A stretch of DNA of 24,000 bases from Oscillospiraceae bacterium (GTDB taxonomy: Bacteria; Bacillota; Clostridia; Oscillospirales; Acutalibacteraceae). The position numbers and the translations under genes were made by a program. Below, piece by piece: positions 9,093-15,047 of the stretch. The stretch is taken from assembly GCA_015065765.1 (NCBI GenBank), contig SVPP01000010.1:12760-36759 (forward strand), in the 5' to 3' direction. The notes under the pieces were generated by a model. That model was not told the origin of the DNA. It was given only the letters and a program-made list of their open reading frames with translations, and made no database searches. The first letter of the stretch is position 1. Each line of letters starts with the position of its first letter.

Positions 9093-9377
9093 ATGAAAGA
9101 TTTTTCCTACGACAACATAGAAAGAGCCTCTGAAGAAGCGTTCAGAATGCAGAAAGATTCACGTTTTTTCGACGAGGATTATGAGCCTTACAAATGTAAT
9201 TGCCGTTTTGAAAAGAACAGGGAAAAACCCCCTCTCCCTCAAAACGGCAAATGCTGTCATAAAAATCCTTTCGGAATTGACGATGATAAGCTTCTGATTC
9301 TCGCGCTCATTCTGATTCTGTCAAAAAATTCAGATGATAAGCTTCTGATGATGGCACTCTTATACATCATAATGTAA
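9093..9377 (+). CDS. Small hypothetical Cys-rich protein with a duplicated hydrophobic C-terminal motif (94 aa)
   Basis: A GAGGTG RBS precedes the ATG. It carries the Cys motifs YKCNCRF and GKCCHKNPF, then DDDKLLILALILIL and SDDKLLMMALLYII. Its 3' end overlaps the convergent ybaK by 11 nt. Confidence 0.45.
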   Translation: MKDFSYDNIERASEEAFRMQKDSRFFDEDYEPYKCNCRFEKNREKPPLPQNGKCCHKNPFGIDDDKLLILALILILSKNSDDKLLMMALLYIIM

Positions 9378-9837
9378 TAGGGCAGAATTTTCCGTTTACG
9401 AGCTTACATAAATCCTGAGGATTTATTTCCATCTGAAAACCAAGCTTGCCGGCACTGACATAAATTCTGTCAAAAATTTCAGCTGATGAATCAAAAACCG
9501 TCACATAATTCTTTTTCATACCAACGGGACTGCATCCACCGCGGATGTAGCCCGTTATTTTGTTGATATCCTTAACATGAATCATTGAAACTGACTTTTC
9601 ACCCACAGATGATGCTGCCTTTTTCAGGTCAAGCTCTTCTGCACCGGGAACTACAAAAACATAATAGTTTCCGCTTTTACCCTCAGTTACAAGTGTTTTG
9701 AAAACTCTTTCAATATCTGCTCCGATTTTCCCCGCAACAGTTACAGCATCAAGTGCTTCCTTGCATGGGTATGAGTGGAGAATGTAGTCAAATTTGGCAG
9801 TTTCAACAATTCTTATAGCGTTTGTTTTAACACTCAA
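9367..9837 (-). CDS. ybaK: Cys-tRNA(Pro)/Cys-tRNA(Cys) deacylase, YbaK/EbsC family
   Basis: 156 aa. Its N-terminus KTNAIRIV and the GGCSPVG motif match the family. The start is TTG at 9835-9837 with a CAGGAG RBS, overlapping the end of the GH78 gene by 11 nt. Confidence 0.8.
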   Translation of the reverse strand: MSVKTNAIRIVETAKFDYILHSYPCKEALDAVTVAGKIGADIERVFKTLVTEGKSGNYYVFVVPGAEELDLKKAASSVGEKSVSMIHVKDINKITGYIRGGCSPVGMKKNYVTVFDSSAEIFDRIYVSAGKLGFQMEINPQDLCKLVNGKFCPITL

Positions 9838-11983
9838 ACTTATGCACTCCTGCTCCTAAAGCATAAACTTCGTCACCAACATAAGCTGTTGCAGCCGCAC
9901 CCACAGGCACTGTGAATGTGTAGAGAATTTTTCCGTTTTCTCTCTTCCACTCAGATTTTACTTCGCCGTATGCAGTTTCAATTGATGCTTCCACGAAATC
10001 GATTCTCTCATCTGTTTCAGGCTTGAAGATGATATGCTTGAAACCAGGTGCATTTTCGTCAGTGTTTATACCTGCCATATTTCCGTACATCCAGTCTCCT
10101 ACTGCACCGTAAGCATAATGGTTGAATGAGTTCATGTCTGCTGACCACATTGAGCCGTCAGGCTTGATGCCGTCCCAGTGCTCCCAGATAGTTGTTGCAC
10201 CCTGAGTAACTGAGAAGAGCCATGAGGGATATTCCTCTCTGAGAAGAAGGTCGTAGGCAGTTTTTGTCTGACCGTTCTGAGAAAGAGCGTGAAGAAGATA
10301 AGGTGTACCCACAAAGCCTGTTGTCATATGACCAAATTCATTGATGATTGAGAGAAGCTGTTCTGTTACTGCTTCTTTATCATCACAAAGGTCAAAGAAA
10401 AGTGTAAGCACGCAAGCTGTCTGTGTGTTGCAGAGAAGCTTACCTTCGGGGAGATATTCCTTCATGTAGGCTGACTTGATATTTTCAAGATTCTGCTCGT
10501 ATTTCTCTACATCCTCACCGATAGCTTTACCTGCTTTCACCAGAAGAGATGTTGAATAATAGTAGTAAGCAGATGCAATAAGATTCATATCAGTTGAGCC
10601 TTTGTAGCTGCCTTCTTCTGCATCAAGACCAAGCCAGTCACCGAAGTGGTCTTCCTGAATCCACAGGTGATCAGTTGCAATTGAGTCAAGGTAATCCACC
10701 CATTTTTTCATTGAGGGATACTGAGTTTCAAGGATTTCCTTTTTGCCGTATGTAAGGTAAATCTGCCATGGACAGATTGTAGCCGCATCCGCCCATGCAG
10801 CACTTGATTGTGCATCTTTTCCTTCATCAAACCAGCCAAGGTCAGGAATAACGTGAGGCACTCTGCCGTCTGCACACTGGTCAGCAGCTAAGTCTTTCAG
10901 CCACTTTGAGAAGAATTTATAAACATCAAAGTTGTAGCTTGCAGTTTTCACAAAAACCTCAGCATCACCTGTCCAGCCAAGGCGTTCATCTCTCTGAGGA
11001 CAGTCTGTAGGAACATCAAGGAAGTTACCCATCTGACCCCAGATAATGTTGTGGTAAAGCTTATTGAGCATTTCACTTGATGAGTTGAAATAACCTGTTC
11101 TCTTAATGTCTGAATAAACTACAATAGCTGTAAAGTTTTCAAGGTTTATTTCATCTGTAAAGCCCTGAAGCCTGATATATCTGAAGCCCTGGAAGGTATA
11201 ATGGGGCTTGAAGGTATGCTCGTTTCCGTCGCAGATTACTCTGATTTCGTTCTTTGCAGCACGAAGGTTTTCAGTATAAAATTCTCCGTCCTTATCAAGA
11301 ACCTCGGCGTGAGTGATAACAAATTCGTCACCCGCATTCCCCTTGAACTTAAATTCAACGTAGCCTGTCAGATTCTGACCGAAGTCGATAACAGTGTCAC
11401 CTGAGGGAGTTGTAATAATTTCCTTTGCAGAAAGTCTCTCATGCTCACAGATTATTTCGCCTTCCTGAGGAATGAGAACAGACTTTTCTTCATCAGCAAC
11501 AACTGATGCTTTGCCCAGAACAGTGATTTCCTTTGTAGTGTCAAAGGTTTCACCGTTGTACATATGTGAGAAAAGAGTCTGTGAAGATGCATAATCCCAT
11601 GTGTCATCGGAAAGAATTTCTGTCTTTTCACCGTTTTCGCATTCGATTTCAATTGATGCAATAGCTTTTACTTCTTTGAAAGATTTGTCTTGCATCATCC
11701 AGCCTAAGCCCACACCGATTTCGATTTTATTCTCACCGTTTTTGAGCATAGCTGTAATATCATATGTCTGGTACTGAAGTCTCTTTTTGTAAACAGTCCA
11801 GCCGGGAGCGAGGACATAGTCGCTTACTCTCTTACCGTTTACATAAAGACAATAAACACCTTTTGATGTTACTGAAATTTCTGCTTTTACAGGGTCTGAA
11901 ACCTCAATAATTTTCGAAAAAACAGGTACAACATCGCCCATCGCTTTCCCTGCTTTAATCCAGTTTGCGTTCAGAATGCTCAT
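9827..11983 (-). CDS. Alpha-L-rhamnosidase (glycoside hydrolase family 78)
   Basis: 718 aa. It carries the GH78 hallmarks DCPQRDERLGWTGDAEVF and FRYIRLQGF, and an N-terminal Bac_rhamnosid_N-like region. Confidence 0.85.
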   Translation of the reverse strand: MSILNANWIKAGKAMGDVVPVFSKIIEVSDPVKAEISVTSKGVYCLYVNGKRVSDYVLAPGWTVYKKRLQYQTYDITAMLKNGENKIEIGVGLGWMMQDKSFKEVKAIASIEIECENGEKTEILSDDTWDYASSQTLFSHMYNGETFDTTKEITVLGKASVVADEEKSVLIPQEGEIICEHERLSAKEIITTPSGDTVIDFGQNLTGYVEFKFKGNAGDEFVITHAEVLDKDGEFYTENLRAAKNEIRVICDGNEHTFKPHYTFQGFRYIRLQGFTDEINLENFTAIVVYSDIKRTGYFNSSSEMLNKLYHNIIWGQMGNFLDVPTDCPQRDERLGWTGDAEVFVKTASYNFDVYKFFSKWLKDLAADQCADGRVPHVIPDLGWFDEGKDAQSSAAWADAATICPWQIYLTYGKKEILETQYPSMKKWVDYLDSIATDHLWIQEDHFGDWLGLDAEEGSYKGSTDMNLIASAYYYYSTSLLVKAGKAIGEDVEKYEQNLENIKSAYMKEYLPEGKLLCNTQTACVLTLFFDLCDDKEAVTEQLLSIINEFGHMTTGFVGTPYLLHALSQNGQTKTAYDLLLREEYPSWLFSVTQGATTIWEHWDGIKPDGSMWSADMNSFNHYAYGAVGDWMYGNMAGINTDENAPGFKHIIFKPETDERIDFVEASIETAYGEVKSEWKRENGKILYTFTVPVGAAATAYVGDEVYALGAGVHKFEC

Positions 11984-11985
11984 GA

Positions 11986-12447
11986 TTATTCCTCAATTCT
12001 TACTTTAAATACGATTTTTGTAACTTCCTCACCGCTGTCATCGACCTTCAGACAAGGCATGTGTGCGTCCTGAGGATAGAGCACAAGGAAATAACCTTCT
12101 TCAAGAAGACAGAGTGTTCCTGTTTCGCTTGTGTAGAAAGCGATATCTCCGCCGTCTTCAAAGGGTTTTGTAACTGTGCAGGTGTCAAGAGGAGTAACGC
12201 CGATATATTCCTTGCCCTTAAGCACAACCTGAACATCAGCATATTTTACGTGAGATTCATATTCTGCACCCTCATGATTCTTGGGAACATAAGTTGCAGG
12301 AGAAGCGAAAAGTCTGTCGCCGTCGAGGTCGATACGCTCCATTGACATTTCGCCTTTCATGTACTCGCCGAGAAAAGACTTGATTTCTTCAAGCTCGGGC
12401 ATCATTTTTACATAGTAGTTCATGTTTTTTAAAGTATCAAAAATCAT
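11986..12447 (-). CDS. YhcH/YjgK/YiaL (DUF386) family cupin protein
   Basis: I take the start as ATG 12445-12447 (MIFDTLKNMNYY...) with GGAGG 8 nt upstream. The longer track ORF (to 12534) would run through a promoter and a terminator. The stop abuts the GH78 start, so the two are probably one operon. Confidence 0.7.
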   Translation of the reverse strand: MIFDTLKNMNYYVKMMPELEEIKSFLGEYMKGEMSMERIDLDGDRLFASPATYVPKNHEGAEYESHVKYADVQVVLKGKEYIGVTPLDTCTVTKPFEDGGDIAFYTSETGTLCLLEEGYFLVLYPQDAHMPCLKVDDSGEEVTKIVFKVRIEE

Positions 12448-12475
12448 AAAAGCACCTCCAAATTTGCTTGATTTA

Positions 12476-12503
12476 ACTATATCACATTTACAGAAAATGT
12501 CAA
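12476..12503 (-). promoter_or_regulatory. Candidate strong sigma-A promoter for the DUF386-GH78 operon (TTGACA-16 nt-TGaTATAGT)
   Basis: On the minus strand, -35 TTGACA lies at 12498-12503 and -10 TATAGT at 12476-12481, preceded by an extended TG. It sits immediately downstream of the RT terminator. Confidence 0.5.
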
Positions 12504-12504
12504 G

Positions 12505-12529
12505 AAAAAAAGCCGCCTCTCGGGGCAGC
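12505..12529 (-). terminator. Rho-independent terminator downstream of the retron RT
   Basis: The minus-strand RNA reads GCUGCCCCGAGAGGCGGC, a GC-rich stem with one mismatch (12512-12529), followed by U7 (12505-11). It begins 22 nt after the RT stop. Confidence 0.55.
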
Positions 12530-12551
12530 TTCAATCAGACACTGACTACGG

Positions 12552-13607
12552 TTATGTTTTGTATCTGTCTTCCATAATTCTTTTGCGGGCTTCGGAAAAG
12601 AATCTGTTATCCGGCTCTATCTGCAGAACATAGCTCACTCTGCCCAGAATGCTCAGATAATATTTTTCCTCGTCAACCTGTCCGTCTGAAATAAATTCTT
12701 TGTTTTCCGTAAAAAGAACAGTGTTGACTATGCCGTGCTTGAGAACATAGTAAACCTCCTGACGGAGCTTTCTTTTGTAATCTGACGGCACAGACACCTT
12801 TTCATTGACGGTAAGACCCGTTACTGTCTGACGGTCAGAGCTTGTAATGAATCGGGTTTTCTTTTCATTTACCTCAAAGCCCATTTCCTCAAGAAGAGAT
12901 TTTGACTTTTTAAACACACCATACAAGGGCACATTCCCTGAAAATGTCAGGTCATCGCAATATCGGGTGTAGGAAACCCCTCTTTCCTTGCACCATGTAC
13001 CTATCAGCCTGTCAAACGACGCCATTACTATATTTGAAATTGCAGGTGAAGTTGGTGCTCCCTGAGGGAGAACATCGTCATTGCAGACAAGAGCTGTAAG
13101 CATCACCCCGATCTGACGGGGAAAATATTTTGTATTGAAAACAGCTGAATAAATTCTGTCAAAGCATATGGAGCTGAAAAAGTCTGTAATATCCATTTTC
13201 AGAAGATATTTCTTTCCGCAATGGACAGATGCATTATCATAAATTGTTTTCCTTTTCAGATAAGCGTAGGCGTACTCAGAAACGCTGTAGCAAGAAAGAA
13301 TTCTTCCGGCAATTACGCTCTGTATTCTCTTGAGCTTTGAAGACGGAATAATCAGCGTACGGATGTTTCCGTTTTTCTTAAGGATATTGACAGGTCTGTA
13401 GTGATTGTCAACAGTTTTCACAAGACTGAACAAATCCTTTCTTCCGATACCCAGCAGGTAAGCTAACTGATAAGTGTCGTACACAAAAGGAGTTTTACGC
13501 TCTGAAACATAATCCCCCACCATTCTGAAGGCCTCGGAAATGCCGAATTTTTCAACAAAATGCATGTCACTCTGTTCGAAGGATATATGACCTTTTGTTA
13601 TTTTCAT
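12552..13607 (-). CDS. ret: Retron-type reverse transcriptase
   Basis: 351 aa from ATG 13605-13607, with GGAG at 13617-13620 and a 9-nt spacer. RT motifs are LPQGAPTSP and YCDD (12951-12962). The retron-lineage hallmarks NAxxH (NASVH, 13221-13235) and VTG (RQTVTGLTVNEK, 12816-12824) are both present. There is no maturase/En or other extra domain. An msr-msd-like structured region lies directly upstream on the same strand. Confidence 0.9.
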   Translation of the reverse strand: MKITKGHISFEQSDMHFVEKFGISEAFRMVGDYVSERKTPFVYDTYQLAYLLGIGRKDLFSLVKTVDNHYRPVNILKKNGNIRTLIIPSSKLKRIQSVIAGRILSCYSVSEYAYAYLKRKTIYDNASVHCGKKYLLKMDITDFFSSICFDRIYSAVFNTKYFPRQIGVMLTALVCNDDVLPQGAPTSPAISNIVMASFDRLIGTWCKERGVSYTRYCDDLTFSGNVPLYGVFKKSKSLLEEMGFEVNEKKTRFITSSDRQTVTGLTVNEKVSVPSDYKRKLRQEVYYVLKHGIVNTVLFTENKEFISDGQVDEEKYYLSILGRVSYVLQIEPDNRFFSEARKRIMEDRYKT

Positions 13608-13631
13608 TTTCTGCATCTCCTTTTTATTTAA

Positions 13632-13646
13632 CATACCCCGACAACA
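13632..13646 (-). repeat. Retron inverted repeat, 3' arm (ret-proximal)
   Basis: It is the exact reverse complement of 13813-13827. Confidence 0.8.
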
Positions 13647-13812
13647 CAAAATGTCCGGTAATGAACGAAGACGAATTTCTAATCACGAAGTGATTTCTGA
13701 TTCGGCGTAGTGAAATTATCGGCAAGCGTTTTACTTGTAAAACGCAGTCCCGAGAAAAAATATACAAGACAGCGACTCGCTGCCCCTTCCTGCTTTTGGC
13801 GGGATTGTTCGC

Positions 13813-13827
13813 TGTTGTCGGGGTATG
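13813..13827 (-). repeat. Retron inverted repeat, 5' arm (start of msr)
   Basis: It is the exact reverse complement of 13632-13646. Confidence 0.8.
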
Positions 13828-13832
13828 GTTAA

Positions 13833-13838
13833 ATCATA
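13833..13838 (-). promoter_or_regulatory. Possible -10 box (TATGAT) for the retron transcript
   Basis: TATGAT on the minus strand lies 5-6 nt upstream of the 5' repeat arm, which would put the transcription start at the edge of the repeat. I found no convincing -35. Confidence 0.3.
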
Positions 13839-13870
13839 ACTTAAGCCATGGGGCAAAAACGGTACAGGCC

Positions 13871-13900
13871 AAAAAAAGCGACTGAAACCAGCCGCTTTTT
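13871..13900 (-). terminator. Rho-independent (bidirectional-looking) terminator downstream of the ChbG/YdjC gene
   Basis: The hairpin AGCGACTGAAACCAGCCGCT (13877-13896; 7 bp, one mismatch) is flanked by A7 (13871-13877) and T5 (13896-13900). It lies directly after the stop at 13903 and separates that gene from the retron. Confidence 0.5.
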
Positions 13901-13902
13901 AA

Positions 13903-14775
13903 CTATTTCTTCATTTCAATCATATCTCTGTATGAAATAAGTTCGATGCCGTGAGCATTAAGATGCTGTTCTGTTTTGGGGTCTTTCATAATCTGATATT
14001 CCCACACTCTGTCACGCCATCTTGCTGTAATACCCTTGATTTCGTCGCATTCAACAGAAGGATGAACGTAAGTTTCGCTGAAGCCTGCAGGAATATTCAC
14101 AAGGTCTTCAAGGAACATTTCGCGGTATCTCTCGTAGCTTGTTCTCATTTCGTCATTCCATTTGGGGAAGATGAGATAATCAGGCATAATAACATTATTC
14201 TTTTTGCCGAGATGGTCGCAAATCTTACAAGCAACTGCATAAAGGAAATAAGGTGTACCCTCGGGACATTCCTTTTTGAGAGGCTTTCTGCACATTCTGA
14301 ATGCATAACCAAGTTCACCGCAAAGCTTCATTGTCATGGGAAGAAGCTTGAAGTTACCGCCCTCAATGCCGTAAAGTGAACCCATATGGTTATCAAGATG
14401 TGAGGGTTTCATGCCCATGCTTTCGGCAAGTTTAACCTGCGCAAGAATTTCCTGTCTTGCCTCTTCAAGGTCTGCGTGTTTTGCGAAATCTTCACACTCA
14501 GGCCACATAAAACCTTTTTCGTTTTTAAGTGAAGGAAGGTCTGTAATGGGACCCCAGTTGTAACTGCCCCATTCGCTTGTAGTTGTAAGATGCACACCGA
14601 TTGCATACTGAGGATTGTCAATTGAGAACTGAACTGCCTCTTTTGCAAATTTACAGGGCATCATAATTGTTGAAGATTTAAGTCTGCCTGATTTGAAAAG
14701 GTCCATAACAGCCTCATTTGCCGCACCGCACATGCCGAAGTCATCGGCGTTTATAATAAGATATTTGTCTGCCAC
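13903..14775 (-). CDS. ChbG/YdjC family carbohydrate deacetylase
   Basis: 290 aa with the N-terminus YLIINADDFGMCGAANEAV characteristic of YdjC. The start is GTG at 14773-14775 with a GGGGAG RBS. Confidence 0.85.
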   Translation of the reverse strand: MADKYLIINADDFGMCGAANEAVMDLFKSGRLKSSTIMMPCKFAKEAVQFSIDNPQYAIGVHLTTTSEWGSYNWGPITDLPSLKNEKGFMWPECEDFAKHADLEEARQEILAQVKLAESMGMKPSHLDNHMGSLYGIEGGNFKLLPMTMKLCGELGYAFRMCRKPLKKECPEGTPYFLYAVACKICDHLGKKNNVIMPDYLIFPKWNDEMRTSYERYREMFLEDLVNIPAGFSETYVHPSVECDEIKGITARWRDRVWEYQIMKDPKTEQHLNAHGIELISYRDMIEMKK

Positions 14776-14896
14776 TTGTCATTTCTCCCCTATTTTGTAG
14801 TTGATAGATTGATTGTACCATATCATGTTAATAAATTAGTTAACAGATTGTTAATAATTTCAAAAAACACCGTGAGTTTTCATTATAATCTCAATT

Positions 14897-14928
14897 ACGG
14901 CTCGTCGGGGACGCCGAGCCCTACGATG
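14897..14928 (+). repeat. Intergenic repeat family A, copy 1 (GC-rich hairpin followed by CCCTACGA)
   Basis: The sequence ACGGCTCGTCGGGGACGCCGAGCCCTACGATG forms the stem GGCTCG/CGAGCC. It is related to 21797-21828 and, more loosely, to 21301-21330. Confidence 0.65.
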
Positions 14929-14945
14929 CCCGAATCGGTGCAATA

Positions 14946-15000
14946 TATAATTTGCGACGCAGTCCCGAAACTCTGCATTTTGCATTCTGCCTTCTGCACT
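14946..15000 (+). repeat. Intergenic repeat family B, copy 2
   Basis: The sequence TATAATTTGCGACGCAGTCCCGAAACTCTGCATTTTGCATTCTGCCTTCTGCACT aligns with copies at 8031-8077 and 22353-22404. Confidence 0.7.
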
Positions 15001-15036
15001 AAAAAATCCCCCGTCTGCCGGGACAGACGAGGGATT
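15001..15036 (-). terminator. Rho-independent terminator downstream of hydA
   Basis: The stem pairs AATCCC-c-CGTCTG (15005-15017) with CAGACG-a-GGGATT (15024-15036), 12 bp with one mismatch and a 6-nt loop. On the minus strand it is followed by U-rich sequence (complement of A6 at 15001-15006). It lies 12 nt after the hydA stop. Confidence 0.65.
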
Positions 15037-15047
15037 GCATTTTTGTA

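Larger units (their letters stand above)
13632..13827 (-). ncRNA. msr-msd: Retron msr-msd non-coding RNA (template and primer for msDNA)
   Basis: A perfect 15-bp inverted repeat (13632-13646 CATACCCCGACAACA paired with 13813-13827) brackets 166 nt of non-coding sequence directly upstream of ret. Inside are hairpins at 13770-13782 and 13726-13745 and a long imperfect hairpin at 13655-13722. The 5' arm is followed by GCGA, a candidate branching G at 13812. Confidence 0.75.

Noticed and set aside
9367-9377. The 3' ends of the third small ORF (+) and ybaK (-) overlap convergently by 11 nt.
   Set aside because: Short convergent overlaps are common in compact genomes. No additional structure was seen there.
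12448-12534. The track ORF extends the DUF386 protein by 29 N-terminal codons (MKLPREAAFFLDIFCKCDIVKSSKFGGAF...).
   Set aside because: The extension is the translation of a terminator hairpin and a near-consensus promoter. The internal ATG at 12445-12447 has a GGAGG RBS and gives the typical family N-terminus.
13608-13649. The track ORF extends the RT by 14 N-terminal codons (MCCRGMLNKKEMQK).
   Set aside because: These codons overlap the 3' arm of the retron inverted repeat and the RBS. ATG 13605-13607 has GGAG at ideal spacing.
12552-13870. Alternative identities for the RT: group II intron, diversity-generating retroelement, or Abi/UG-type defence RT.
   Set aside because: I saw no maturase/X or En domain and no intron domain V/VI-like RNA. 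There is no template/variable repeat pair and no IGxxxSQ-type DGR motif. The NAxxH and VTG motifs and the flanking inverted repeat fit a retron. Phylogenetic confirmation is still needed.
9827-14775. GH78 rhamnosidase, the DUF386 cupin or the ChbG/YdjC deacetylase as the retron effector.
   Set aside because: Terminators and an independent promoter separate them from the retron, and together they look like a coherent sugar-utilisation set. I keep this only as a low-probability hypothesis in the findings.
14971-15000. Short tandem CTGCAT(T)-type iterations here, at 8058-8077 and at 22377-22404, considered as a possible CRISPR or tandem-repeat array.
   Set aside because: The units are only 6-9 nt long, imperfect and without spacers. 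They are part of the dispersed family B repeat.
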